Positions 49,006 to 59,238 of a stretch of 64,000 nucleotides of DNA are shown here, one piece after another. Position 1 is the first letter of the stretch, and every line of letters starts with the position of its first letter. The position numbers and the translations under genes are program-made. Below the pieces are notes generated by a model. The model did no database searches, was not told the origin of the DNA, and saw only the letters and a list, made by a program, of their open reading frames with translations. The stretch comes from Candidatus Altimarinota bacterium (GTDB lineage Bacteria; Patescibacteriota; Gracilibacteria; UBA1369). The stretch covers positions 896,001-960,000 of the forward strand of contig OY782391.1 in assembly GCA_963677745.1 (NCBI GenBank), written 5' to 3'.

Positions 49006-50201
49006 TATTTTATAAGGTTTAAATATATCTCGCCGATTTGCCGCGCCGACCTGGACCAGGAATATTTGTCCCTGTTTTGCCGCTTGAAATCGGCAGTTCG
49101 TCTTTTTAGTTTCTGATAGGAATCGAAACTATTATACAAATTTAATACAGTTTCGGCAATTTGGCTATTATCGGCTTTCATATCAAGAAAAACCGGTGTA
49201 TCTCCCGCCACTTCACGATGCACCGCCAGTTCGCTGATCAGAGCCGGACAGCCCAGCATCAGGGATTCCAGCAGGGGCAGATTGAAGCCTTCCCTGGTAG
49301 TCAGGGAGAAATAGGCCCAAGCCTGGCGGTAAAGCATGATCAGTTCGCTGTTAGTCAGAAAACCGGTACGGATGATTATTTTCTCCCATTTTTCCTGATC
49401 CATAACGATCTCCCTGAACAGGTTGTTGTTGAGTACGCTTCCCCCTCCCAGCACCAGTTTAAGGTCTGACAGCGGGGCAATTTCGTCAGTATAAAGATCA
49501 ACCAGTCTCTGCACGTTTTTCCGCTGATCATATCCCCCCATATAAAACAGGAAATTATCTTCCGGTTGCAGCCCCAGCCGTTCCAGAAGTTTACTGATGT
49601 CATTTTCAGAAAACTCGGGCGCCTCGTCAAATTCACTGGCATTGTAAATCACCGCCAGTTTTTCCTTGTTGAAACCTCCCAGTGCCAGAATTTCTTTTTT
49701 GGAATTTTCTGAAACGGTAAACAAAAAATCGGCCTGCCGGCATTTTTTCAGCGTGCAATTGTTATAGATTCCGCTCAGCAATCCGCGATGCAGATACTGT
49801 GTGTCGGTCCAGGGGATGGTGTCGTGTACGGTTACCGTAATCGGTACTTTTTCCAGTTTTTTATAAAGAGAGGGATAGGGAAGATGGACCAGATCCACGC
49901 AGTTTTCCCGGAAAAATTTGTGCAGGATCTTTCTTTCCCAGTGCGATTTGGAAAATCCCGCGCCCAGTTTTTTCAGAAAAGAATTCTCGGGCAACAGTTC
50001 AAAATGCAGATTGTCCTGATAACGAAGGCTTTTATCGACATCCTCATCCAGACGCTCGGGAATAGCAATCAGAAAATCGAACTCCGGATAGAATCTGGCC
50101 AGCTCGGAAAACGTATTGATGCAGTAACGCCCGATTCCGGTAAATTGTTTTGTAAAAAACCATCCGTTGACGCCGATTTTAAGCTTTCTGACTTTTGCCA
50201 T
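49005..50201 (-). CDS. GT4 family glycosyltransferase
   Basis: TGIGRY, VTVHD, TVSENSK, RKNV, EGFNLPLLE. Confidence 0.9.
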   Translation of the reverse strand: MAKVRKLKIGVNGWFFTKQFTGIGRYCINTFSELARFYPEFDFLIAIPERLDEDVDKSLRYQDNLHFELLPENSFLKKLGAGFSKSHWERKILHKFFRENCVDLVHLPYPSLYKKLEKVPITVTVHDTIPWTDTQYLHRGLLSGIYNNCTLKKCRQADFLFTVSENSKKEILALGGFNKEKLAVIYNASEFDEAPEFSENDISKLLERLGLQPEDNFLFYMGGYDQRKNVQRLVDLYTDEIAPLSDLKLVLGGGSVLNNNLFREIVMDQEKWEKIIIRTGFLTNSELIMLYRQAWAYFSLTTREGFNLPLLESLMLGCPALISELAVHREVAGDTPVFLDMKADNSQIAETVLNLYNSFDSYQKLKRRTADFKRQNRDKYSWSRSARQIGEIYLNLIK

Positions 50202-51255
50202 GACTGATTTCGATAAGTATATCGGTTATTTTTTCGGCAGCATTGTTCAGTGCCGTCTTTTTTCCGTTTACAGGTGTCATCAGAATATTGTCTATTTCTG
50301 CCAATAAATCAAATTTGGAAAAATCGATCTTATCTTCATTCAGTACTTTGGCCGGATGATGTTTGGCAAACGATTCGGCATTTTTAATCTGATCCCCGCG
50401 GCTTCCCGCAGAAAGGGGAATCAGGATGGCCGGCCAGCCCAGGGCTTCGATTTCCGACAGTGAATTGGCTCCCGCCCGGCCGATAAACAGATCGGTTATG
50501 GCAAAAATATTTTTCAATTCGTCACCCAGAAATTCCCTGACAAAATAACCTTCACGCTCCGGATTGGCGGGCAAATTGTTTTTTCCGCAGGCCTGGACCA
50601 GCTGGTACTTTTTCAGTATGGCGTCCAGGTTGCAGGCGATCAGTCCGTTGATAAATTGGGCACCCTGGCTGCCGCCCATCACCAGAATTACTTTCTTGCG
50701 GGGGGAGAATCCGGTCAGACTGAAGCCGGCGGAAGCGTTTCCCTGCAGCAGTTCGGCCCGGATCGGATTGCCGGTCAGCCGGACCCGTCTGTCCGCAGCC
50801 AGTTTATGGGCTGTTTCCATAAACGATACGCAGATAATTCTGGCAAATTTGGCGGCAATTTTATTGGCCAGCCCCATTTCCAGATCAGATTCATGGATCA
50901 CCACCGGTTTGCGGAGCAATCCTCCAGCAATCGCCACCGGCAGGCTGACATAACCTCCCTTGCAGAAAATTACTTCGGGCCGGAATTTCCGGATTATCCC
51001 GATGCTCTGAATTACCCCGCGCAGGGTCTTAAAAAAATCCGTAAAATTTTCACGGCTCCAATAGCGCCGCAGTTTTCCGCAGCTGATGGCCTTAAACGGC
51101 CAGCCCCTGGCTACAATCAGATCTTTTTCCAGTCCGCCGGCGGAACCGATATACAAAATCTCCGGCTGTTCGACTCTGGCCTGTAATGTCTCAAGAAGCG
51201 CTATATTGGGAGTAATATGACCCCCCGTGCCGCCTCCTGCCACTATAATTCTCAT
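50179..51255 (-). CDS. murG: MurG glycosyltransferase
   Basis: GGGTGGH, KGGYVS, HE, GNPIR, GGSQGA, RAGA, DQIKNA; start MRIIV at 51255. Confidence 0.95.
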   Translation of the reverse strand: MRIIVAGGGTGGHITPNIALLETLQARVEQPEILYIGSAGGLEKDLIVARGWPFKAISCGKLRRYWSRENFTDFFKTLRGVIQSIGIIRKFRPEVIFCKGGYVSLPVAIAGGLLRKPVVIHESDLEMGLANKIAAKFARIICVSFMETAHKLAADRRVRLTGNPIRAELLQGNASAGFSLTGFSPRKKVILVMGGSQGAQFINGLIACNLDAILKKYQLVQACGKNNLPANPEREGYFVREFLGDELKNIFAITDLFIGRAGANSLSEIEALGWPAILIPLSAGSRGDQIKNAESFAKHHPAKVLNEDKIDFSKFDLLAEIDNILMTPVNGKKTALNNAAEKITDILIEISHGKSQKA

Positions 51256-52423
51256 AATCGGAATGTTTAGATAGCTGCAAAAGTATTCCCGTCGCCACCA
51301 GTACCGACAACAGGGACGAGCCGCCATAGCTGATAAAGGGGAGCGTAATACCGGTCACGGGCATCAGGGCGATGTTTACCGCAATATTTATAAATGCCTG
51401 AAAAACAATCCAGGAAGTCAGTCCGATGGCGGTCAGCTGGATAAAACGGTTTTCCGCGCCCCTGGCTATCAGGTAGCCTCTCCAGGCAATCAGCCCGAAA
51501 GCCAGCACCACCAGGCTGATGCGCCAGAAGCCCAGTTCCTCGGCTGACGCGGCAAAAATAAAGTCATCGGTGGCCTGCGGCAACCAGTATGATTTTTGTA
51601 CTCCCTGCGTCAGGCCTTTGCCCCAGAATCCTCCGCTCCCCACGGCAATCTTGGCCTGTTCGGTCTGCCAGCAGAAATCCTCCTTGCAGCTGACATCACT
51701 GGCCACAAAGGCCGTCACACGGTCCCTGATGTGGGGCAGATTGGTCAGCAGTACGAAACTGGCAAAACCGACAATTAAAAATCCCAGCAACAGATGCCTG
51801 ATTCTGGCACCCGCCACAAAAAACATGGTTGTGGCTATCATCGCAATCACCAGCGAGCTCCCCAGATCCGGCTGCAGCAGGATCGGCAGCAGCAACGCCC
51901 CCAGAATCACGCAAAAAGGCAAAAAACCGTTCTGCAACGATTTAATCGAGTCGCGCTTTTTATCCATCCAGCTGGCCAGATAAAATATCAAAAACAATTT
52001 GGCAAATTCAGTCGGCTGGAAAGAAGTGTTGAAAAGAATCAGCCAGGACCTGGCAAAAGTGGTGTAGCGCGAGCCGATAAAGAGTACTACCAGCAAAGCG
52101 AGGATCGTCACAACCATCCAGAAAGGCGCGGTTTTCTTCCAGAATTTATAGCTGATTTTTGCCATGATCACCATCATCACAAAACCGATCAACAGCCTGA
52201 TCAGATGATTCCTGAACAGCAGATAGCAGTCCACTCCGGTGTCATCGCAATTGGGATACAGGACGTTGGGGGCCGACAGCTGTATTGATTTGGGCACGCC
52301 GATACTGGTAATCATCACCAGTCCGAAAACCATCAGTATAATTACAATGGCCAGCAGGATTCCGTCCACCTTCTTGCCGCCGCTTCTTTCACGATGTGAT
52401 TTTTTGGCCGCCAACAACTTCAT
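51191..52423 (-). CDS. ftsW: SEDS peptidoglycan polymerase FtsW
   Basis: FQPTEFAK, QPDLG, GKGL, TDDFIF..EELG, GITLPFISYGGSS. Confidence 0.93.
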   Translation of the reverse strand: MKLLAAKKSHRERSGGKKVDGILLAIVIILMVFGLVMITSIGVPKSIQLSAPNVLYPNCDDTGVDCYLLFRNHLIRLLIGFVMMVIMAKISYKFWKKTAPFWMVVTILALLVVLFIGSRYTTFARSWLILFNTSFQPTEFAKLFLIFYLASWMDKKRDSIKSLQNGFLPFCVILGALLLPILLQPDLGSSLVIAMIATTMFFVAGARIRHLLLGFLIVGFASFVLLTNLPHIRDRVTAFVASDVSCKEDFCWQTEQAKIAVGSGGFWGKGLTQGVQKSYWLPQATDDFIFAASAEELGFWRISLVVLAFGLIAWRGYLIARGAENRFIQLTAIGLTSWIVFQAFINIAVNIALMPVTGITLPFISYGGSSLLSVLVATGILLQLSKHSDYENYSGRRRHGGSYYSQYSAS

Positions 52424-52514
52424 AGAGCCGGTTAAAAGCCCCCGAATACTAACAAATGGGTCTGCCAAAAGCAATCAACTAAGCTTGAAAGAGCGGCTTT
52501 CTATCTGCTACTTT

Positions 52515-52985
52515 ATGGCCATGCCGTTGATCACACCCCAAAATCGATTCATACTGCTTTATTCCTTCATTTTTGACGGGGTGTTTCTGGATCAGCTATC
52601 TAAAATACTGCTCAGCCAGGCTCTGGAAAAACCTCTGATCATTCTGGAAAATATGTTCAGCCTGAGCATCGAACATAACACCGGAATTGCCTTCAGCATC
52701 AACCTGCCTTATCCGCTGCTGCTTTTTCTTAATATTGCCTTATTCGGGGGAATAATTTTTTATCTCTTCCGTACACTGGATCTGCAAAAATTACCCTCCC
52801 TGCTGGTGATCGGTCTTTTGGCCGCCGGAGCACTGGGAAACCTGATTGACCGGATCAGACTGGGGTATGTGATTGACTTTATTGCAGTAGGGAAATGGCC
52901 TGTTTTTAATCTGGCCGACAGTTTTATTACAATTGCCGTCTTCCTTCTGATCGTGTTTTATGATAAAATAAAAAGACCAAATTGA
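52515..52985 (+). CDS. lspA: Lipoprotein signal peptidase II
   Basis: DQLSK, NTGIAFS, GALGNLIDR, VIDFI, FNLAD. Confidence 0.93.
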   Translation: MAMPLITPQNRFILLYSFIFDGVFLDQLSKILLSQALEKPLIILENMFSLSIEHNTGIAFSINLPYPLLLFLNIALFGGIIFYLFRTLDLQKLPSLLVIGLLAAGALGNLIDRIRLGYVIDFIAVGKWPVFNLADSFITIAVFLLIVFYDKIKRPN

Positions 52986-52991
52986 AATCCT

Positions 52992-53951
52992 ATGGAGGAA
53001 AACAACAACCAAAACCAAAATCCCCAGCCTTCTGCTTATCCTGATCAGCAGTTGCAGCAACCGCAGACTGGCCCTCAGCAAGCCGTTTTTAACGATGGAC
53101 AGTATCAGCAGCAGATGCCGCTGAACCAGACCTATGTTCAGGCTCCCATTCAGCAGACTGCCGGCGCTCCCCAGGCCGAATCCTATGGTCCCCGCCAGGT
53201 TTCCCTGTTTACGCTTTTCGCCAAGACTTTTATGGGACTGTGCGGAGGAATTTTCGGATCTCTCATCCTGCTCCTGATCTTTCTGGCCAGTTCATCCGTT
53301 TTACAGCCTGTACTCAGCCCGGCCGAAGCAACCGGAGAATCGGTTAATCCGATTTTTATCGTTATTCTGATGGCTATGATTTTCGCCACTACGCTTATCT
53401 CCAGCCTTTTAACCCCTTGGTTGCTCTCCTATACCGAAAGGCTGCGCTACCCCCGCATCGTCACCGCCATCTACCAGATTTTCATCGTCAACCTGATCAT
53501 TTTTGCCTTTACCGCCCCCATTTATCTCACTACTTCCACTTCCAATCTGGAACTTTCCGCTTTTGCCGCCGGTTTGCAGATCGTGATGGTCTCGCTTTCC
53601 AGCGCCCTGATTATGGAAATTCTCAATGATGAAAAATATCCGCTCTTGGCAGTTTATACCACTGTGATCGGAGTTTTGGTCGCCACCGCCGTTAATCTGT
53701 TTCTGTTTCAGATGATGAAGAGCGCCACCGTGCTGCTGTTTGCCGCATTACCCATCACTTGGGCCTCCATTGGCTTTTTCCAGGCCTGTCTGGCTATGAT
53801 TTATTACTGGTATTACATCAACTGGGGCAACGATTTCCTGGCCTCCACCACCAGTTACGGCACCGAATATGCCGGCGTGCAGGAAGAAGTGGAGGAAGCC
53901 GAAGAAGAACTTCCGGAAGACAAAGCCGGCGGAGATTTTCTGAAGAGCTAA
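52992..53951 (+). CDS. Multi-pass membrane protein with Gln-rich N-terminus and acidic tail
   Basis: Q/P-rich head, about 6 TMs, EEVEEAEEE tail. Confidence 0.8.
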   Translation: MEENNNQNQNPQPSAYPDQQLQQPQTGPQQAVFNDGQYQQQMPLNQTYVQAPIQQTAGAPQAESYGPRQVSLFTLFAKTFMGLCGGIFGSLILLLIFLASSSVLQPVLSPAEATGESVNPIFIVILMAMIFATTLISSLLTPWLLSYTERLRYPRIVTAIYQIFIVNLIIFAFTAPIYLTTSTSNLELSAFAAGLQIVMVSLSSALIMEILNDEKYPLLAVYTTVIGVLVATAVNLFLFQMMKSATVLLFAALPITWASIGFFQACLAMIYYWYYINWGNDFLASTTSYGTEYAGVQEEVEEAEEELPEDKAGGDFLKS

Positions 53952-53959
53952 ATGCATTT

Positions 53960-54418
53960 ATGCACAAAACACTGGTTCTATCCATTATCAATGTAATCGC
54001 ACTTTGTATCGTCATTTCGGCTATCAGTTTATTCTTTGTCCATGACAATCAATGGATCGGTTACATCCTGATTGCTTTATCAGTTCTCTGTTTGTTGTCT
54101 TTGGCACCTTTTAAGATTCCCGTCAGATCAGTGCAGCCGGATATTATTTTTGGCCTTATAGATAATGGAATTTTAGCGATTCTGGCAATTTTCGGAGCGC
54201 ATTTTGCCGGAGTAACCGGTGCTATTCTGGGGGGAGTTGTCGGCAATGCTCTTACCGATGGCATAGCTGGTGTTTTTGAAGGGCACTGGGCAGAAAATCT
54301 TAGAAATAAGGCAATTTCGGAAGAAAGAACCCTGCTGAAATCGGCGGTTGGAAAAATGGCCGGATGTCTCTTGGGAGCGGGAATAGTAATGGTAATTGCC
54401 AGCTGGCTCAAATTTTGA
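53960..54418 (+). CDS. Small membrane protein
   Basis: Starts MHKTLVLS; FGLIDNG...GGVVGNALTDG hydrophobic motifs. Confidence 0.75.
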   Translation: MHKTLVLSIINVIALCIVISAISLFFVHDNQWIGYILIALSVLCLLSLAPFKIPVRSVQPDIIFGLIDNGILAILAIFGAHFAGVTGAILGGVVGNALTDGIAGVFEGHWAENLRNKAISEERTLLKSAVGKMAGCLLGAGIVMVIASWLKF

Positions 54419-54422
54419 CTAA

Positions 54423-54448
54423 AAAAGCCCCTGTTTCCAAAGGCTTTT
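54423..54448. terminator. Bidirectional terminator between convergent genes
   Basis: AAAAGCC...GGCTTTT inverted repeat. Confidence 0.55.
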
Positions 54449-54472
54449 CATTCTTCGAAATAAAATTCCGGA

Positions 54473-55228
54473 TTATTTCTTCGTCTTCAAATAATCTCCT
54501 GCCAATTCCACTGCTCTCAGTACTTCGATCGGCACCATCCAGATGGTGGTGTTGGACTGATCGGAGGAAATATCGTTGATTGACTGCAGAGTTCTCATGT
54601 GCAGAGCGCCAGGGGATTTGACCATCAACTCAGCTGCCTCTGCAATACTCTTGGCTGCAACCACTTCACCTTCAGCACGTATGATAGCTGCTTTTCTTTC
54701 TCTTTCGGCTTCAGCAACTTTGGAGATTGTTCTTTTCAGATCCGGAGGTATGGCAATGTCTTTCAAATCGACATCTTCAACCTGTACGCCCCAGTTTACA
54801 GTAGCCTTGTCCACCAGTTGCTGAATAGTCTGGGAAATGGAATCGCGGTCTCTGAGCAGCTCTTCCAGTGTTACAGAACCAACCACGTTTCTCATGGTAA
54901 TCTGGGCCAGCTGGCTGACGGCATAATAGAAATTTTCCACATCCAGAATTGCCTTTTGAGGATCTGACACCTTGTAGTAAATAACGGCATTGATACCAAT
55001 CGGCACATTATCCTTGGTAATGGCTTCCTGCTCAGGTACGTCCACCGTCTTGATACGGATGTCCACCTTCTGCATGGACTGGAAAACAGGGATGATCAGC
55101 CTCCATCCGGGCTGCTTGGTCGATGAATATCTGCCCATGGTCAGCACAATGCCTCTCTCATATTGATTTACCTGTCTGACAAAGGACAAAATCAAAATTA
55201 CCCCCACCACTATCAGAGTAATTTCCAT
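54473..55228 (-). CDS. SPFH/band 7 (stomatin-like) protein
   Basis: YERGIV, ITKDNV, QLAQITMRNVVG, AEAERERKA..I.AEGE. Confidence 0.93.
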   Translation of the reverse strand: MEITLIVVGVILILSFVRQVNQYERGIVLTMGRYSSTKQPGWRLIIPVFQSMQKVDIRIKTVDVPEQEAITKDNVPIGINAVIYYKVSDPQKAILDVENFYYAVSQLAQITMRNVVGSVTLEELLRDRDSISQTIQQLVDKATVNWGVQVEDVDLKDIAIPPDLKRTISKVAEAERERKAAIIRAEGEVVAAKSIAEAAELMVKSPGALHMRTLQSINDISSDQSNTTIWMVPIEVLRAVELAGDYLKTKK

Positions 55229-55354
55229 AATTTGTTGGATTAATAAATATTTCGAACCAGATTATTAACTTATTCAAGGGCTTTTCCAAATATATGCGGT
55301 TGAAGAAAAGTGGCTTTTTTGGTATAATTTAATGAATATCTCAACCAATCAAGG

Positions 55355-56779
55355 ATGCCGCTTCTCAATCAAATTCTAGGAATTGCCGTAGCACAGGCCC
55401 AAACCGCTACAGATAAAGCCGGTGAAGTTGCCAGCAGTACAGGTGGTGAGCTGACCAAACTGATTGGAAACTTTATTGCTTCCATCCCCCTCTGGATTGC
55501 CGCCATTGTGGTTGGTTTTTTTAGTTACCTTCTGGCAGTGGGAGTTAAAAAGGCTCTGGAAACAAAACTGACCGAACAGGGGATTGAGGAGGAGCATAAA
55601 GAGGTGAAAATTGTGGCAGGACGGTCCGCCTTCTTTGGCGTTTTGATTATCGGTATTACAGTTTCTCTGAGCATCGTGGGCATCGATCTCAAGCCGATTG
55701 TGGCCGCCGGCGCGTTCGGACTGGGTTTTGCCCTGCAGGACATTATTATGAATCTGATCTCCGGAATGTTCATTCTGGCTTCGCATCATTACACCATCGG
55801 GGATGTCATTTCCATGGGCGGCGTGGTCGGGAGAATTGAAGAGATTCAAACCCGTGCGACCATCATACGGGCTTTCGACGGCACCAAGGTGATCGTCCCC
55901 AATTCGGAACTTTTTTCCAATGTGGTTATCAGCAAAACTTCCAATCCCTACCGCAAAATGACTTTCGCCATGGGGGTGGGATATGGATCTAATCTCAAGG
56001 ATGTGATGGAGTTGACGCTGGCAGTTGTTAAAAGCATTCCCTGGGTACTTAGAAAACCCAAACCCAGCGTGATTTTTACCGCCTGGGGTGATTCGACCAT
56101 CGATTTCAACATCAATGTCTGGATTGATTCCAAGGGTGGAAAGTTTGTCAAAGTAAAAAATCGTGTCATCATGGATCTCACCAAGGCCTATGAAGAGGCC
56201 GGATTCGATATCCCGTACCCAATTCAAACCATCAAGATGGACAAAGGAGATGAAGCCGAGGTCAATCAGGCCGAGATGTCGGCACGTGTAAAGACTCTCA
56301 AAGCAAAATATAAAGCAATGTCCACCGATTCCAGCCATGCCGTGCCGGTCATGCCGGTATTGGTTCCGGTTGCTGCCACGGCAGCCCCGGCAGCCATGGA
56401 AATGACCGCCGCGGTTCTGTACGCAACCCCAGTTACGCCTGCCACAGTGGTTCCCGGTACGGAATCCATGCCGGTAGCTATTCAGACCACTCCCAACAGC
56501 CCCGGCCAGGATTGGCTGCATCAGGCATTGACCCAACAAATCGCCGCCACCTCCGGTACTACTGCTACACCTGTTCCGCAGCAGCTGGTCACACCTGCCC
56601 AGACTCCGGTAGAGCAGATCCCTCTCCAACCGGCCCAGCCACAACCGATTGTGTCGGCCGCCCCGGTTGCAACTTTGGCTGAAACATCTGCCCAAACAGC
56701 GGTTCAACCTGCAATTCAACCTCAACCGGCAGCAGTTGCCCCATCAGGTTCCCTTCCCGGCCCTACTATCACCGTTTAA
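55355..56779 (+). CDS. MscS mechanosensitive channel with long Pro/Gln/Ala/Thr-rich tail
   Basis: GLGFALQDII.NLISG, IGD.I, VPNS, IPYP; low-complexity C-terminus. Confidence 0.9.
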   Translation: MPLLNQILGIAVAQAQTATDKAGEVASSTGGELTKLIGNFIASIPLWIAAIVVGFFSYLLAVGVKKALETKLTEQGIEEEHKEVKIVAGRSAFFGVLIIGITVSLSIVGIDLKPIVAAGAFGLGFALQDIIMNLISGMFILASHHYTIGDVISMGGVVGRIEEIQTRATIIRAFDGTKVIVPNSELFSNVVISKTSNPYRKMTFAMGVGYGSNLKDVMELTLAVVKSIPWVLRKPKPSVIFTAWGDSTIDFNINVWIDSKGGKFVKVKNRVIMDLTKAYEEAGFDIPYPIQTIKMDKGDEAEVNQAEMSARVKTLKAKYKAMSTDSSHAVPVMPVLVPVAATAAPAAMEMTAAVLYATPVTPATVVPGTESMPVAIQTTPNSPGQDWLHQALTQQIAATSGTTATPVPQQLVTPAQTPVEQIPLQPAQPQPIVSAAPVATLAETSAQTAVQPAIQPQPAAVAPSGSLPGPTITV

Positions 56780-56788
56780 TCCTCCAAC

Positions 56789-57163
56789 ATGGGCCTGGAC
56801 GATTCCAAAAATTCCTTGAGACTTGGCGAGTCGGCTTCGGAAGACCAGGAAGATGTGCTCACGGCCGCCGGGAAAGATCTCGCCGCTTTATTAATGCTGA
56901 AAAAATGCTATGAGGAGATGGTTGCTATTGCCAGGCCTTTTTCTGATCAGCAGGGCAAAATCAAGGCTCCGGCTAATCGTCTGCCCTTCGAGCGGATTTC
57001 CTCGCCGGTACAAACTGCCGTCAATAAACTCGATGGGGCCTTCATTGAAAGCATGGCTATGATGGAATTTATCAAGGTCTTTGAAGATGGCCTTACGGGA
57101 GTAAAGGAAAAGATTGCCAGATTACAGACTGCCGGAGAAGGAATGGGGCGAGACCTGAGATAA
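56789..57163 (+). CDS. Hypothetical protein
   Basis: 124-aa ORF 9 nt after mscS. Confidence 0.65.
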   Translation: MGLDDSKNSLRLGESASEDQEDVLTAAGKDLAALLMLKKCYEEMVAIARPFSDQQGKIKAPANRLPFERISSPVQTAVNKLDGAFIESMAMMEFIKVFEDGLTGVKEKIARLQTAGEGMGRDLR

Positions 57164-57326
57164 ACAAGGTTAACTGGAATAAGATCCTGCTACATCATTA
57201 ATTCGAAACAATCAGACTGCTTGCAGCAAGCCATATTCTATTCCGGTACAGTCATTTGTCATATTTTCCGATTGTTATTTTGCAGCGTCAGTCTATAAAG
57301 TTTTCCTGTAAATAATTTAAATTTTC

Positions 57327-58277
57327 ATGTCTGAACGTCCCCTTAAAATCTTTTCCGGATCATCGCATCCGGCATTGGCCGCCGGCATTGCCAAAGAACT
57401 GGGGACAGAACTGGATCCGGTTATGCTGGGGCAGTTTTCTGACGGATCCAACAAGGTCAGACTGCCCGACTCGGTTCGCGGTAGTGATGCCTATGTCGTT
57501 CAAACCTGCAGGCCTGGTAAAGAAACTCTGAATACGGATCTGATGGAACTTTGGATAATGATACACACCCTGCGAAGGAATAAGGCAGACCGGATACATG
57601 CAGTCATACCGCATCTCGGCTATGCCCGTGATGACAGTGAGTCTTCACCGGATTCAGATGAATACCGGAAATCAGTGGCTGCTCAGCTAATGGCTATTCT
57701 GACTGAAGCCGCCGGTGCTGATTCGATTTCCGCCGTGCATCTTCATTCCAGACAGGAATCGGCTTTTTTCCGCAAACCGGTTGATAATATCTATGCGACC
57801 AGATTGTTGGTGGATTATCTTAATAAAAAAAGACTCAAAGATCCCATTGTGGTGGCTCCCGATACCGGTGCAGCCAAGACCATTCGTTATGTCTCCAACC
57901 TGACCATCGGAACAGCAGGGGAAATTATAGTAATAAACAAGCATAGGCCGGCTGACAATGTTTCAGAAGTCACCGATGTCATAGGTGATATTGCCGGAAG
58001 GACCTGTATTGTCTGGGATGATATGTTTGATACTTTCGGCACCATCGAAAATGCCGTAAGGGCTTTACGGGAAAGAGGAGCAAACAAGGAAATATATGCC
58101 GTAGCCACCCATCCGCTTCTTACCGGATCAGCAATTGAAAAAATAAAGCGGGCGGAACTGGAAGAAATTATTTTCACAGACACTGTTCCGCTCTCTCCCG
58201 AAAAAAAATTATCCAATATGATGATTCTATCCGTTGCCCCGTTGTTGGCCGACAATATCCGCCGGTCCCATTATTAG
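57327..58277 (+). CDS. prs: Ribose-phosphate pyrophosphokinase
   Basis: FSDG, SVRG, YAR.D, VAPDTG, DDMFDT.GT, ATH, TDTV. Confidence 0.92.
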   Translation: MSERPLKIFSGSSHPALAAGIAKELGTELDPVMLGQFSDGSNKVRLPDSVRGSDAYVVQTCRPGKETLNTDLMELWIMIHTLRRNKADRIHAVIPHLGYARDDSESSPDSDEYRKSVAAQLMAILTEAAGADSISAVHLHSRQESAFFRKPVDNIYATRLLVDYLNKKRLKDPIVVAPDTGAAKTIRYVSNLTIGTAGEIIVINKHRPADNVSEVTDVIGDIAGRTCIVWDDMFDTFGTIENAVRALRERGANKEIYAVATHPLLTGSAIEKIKRAELEEIIFTDTVPLSPEKKLSNMMILSVAPLLADNIRRSHY

Positions 58278-59110
58278 ACCTGTCGAAGACGCGGATTCTT
58301 TCTGAACAGATGCTTTAGCTGATAAATCAATGCATCTTTGACGTGCTGTCGTAACGTCCATTTCTGAAAGAAGGCCAGGAAACCGCCCTCACTGACGCGG
58401 CGGCCGTCGGCGTGCACACGGACTTCCGGATAATAAACAACTTCATAGCCGGCTTTCCAGCATTGCCAGCACATTTCCGGGTCCGACATAAAAACAAAAT
58501 AGGACTTATCCAGACCTCCCAGCTTGTCCCAGAGTGATTTTCTCATGATCCAGAAGGAGGATTGCAGCCAGTCCACCGGCTGGGTTTTGGAATAGTCCAG
58601 ATGCTGCATTTCATCATAGGCAACCCATTTTTTGACCAGCGGCAGCCGGCGCAAAAAGGTCCGCCGTGCCACCTGTAAAAACAGTTTGGGGAAGGCCCGT
58701 ACCGTCATGGCTACTTTCCCGGAATTGTCATTGATCTGCTGGGGACCACAGATGCCGACCCGCGGATGTTTTTCCATATAGTCCACCAGCTTCTTCAGGA
58801 TGTCTTTTTCCGGCCAGATGATATCCGGATTTACTATCAGCAAAAACTCTCCCCGTGCCAGTTTCACACCCTGATTATTTCCGCGTATATAACCCAGATT
58901 TTTCTGATTAGTCAGAATCGTTACGTCCTCGAATTTCCTCAGTGTATTGAGCTTTTCAGCGTTGGCGGCATTACAGGAATTATCAACAATAATTATTTCG
59001 AATTCAAAATCCGTTACCTGCCTGTGAATGCTTTCGACGTTTTCACAGACACGTTTGCTTTTTAGAAAATCCAGAATAACTATGGAGGCCTTGATGGGTT
59101 GCTTATTCAT
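58274..59110 (-). CDS. GT2 glycosyltransferase (WbbL-like)
   Basis: IIVDNS, NLGY..GNNQG, NPD, VDWLQSSF. Confidence 0.88.
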   Translation of the reverse strand: MNKQPIKASIVILDFLKSKRVCENVESIHRQVTDFEFEIIIVDNSCNAANAEKLNTLRKFEDVTILTNQKNLGYIRGNNQGVKLARGEFLLIVNPDIIWPEKDILKKLVDYMEKHPRVGICGPQQINDNSGKVAMTVRAFPKLFLQVARRTFLRRLPLVKKWVAYDEMQHLDYSKTQPVDWLQSSFWIMRKSLWDKLGGLDKSYFVFMSDPEMCWQCWKAGYEVVYYPEVRVHADGRRVSEGGFLAFFQKWTLRQHVKDALIYQLKHLFRKNPRLRQV

Positions 59111-59238
59111 AATATTGATGCCGACGCCCGGATCATATCAAAAATAAATCAGTATTTCGACCTGAAATTGAACTTCAACAAACCGGAAACTGCGCCAACG
59201 CCGAATAGTTGGTCACGTAACCACCCGCCTCCTGATGT

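Noticed and set aside
51191-51255. 65-nt ftsW/murG overlap as a frameshift or fusion
   Set aside because: Both proteins are complete; a simple stop-codon run-on explains it.
55376-56725. 449-aa minus-strand ORF
   Set aside because: Antisense shadow of mscS.
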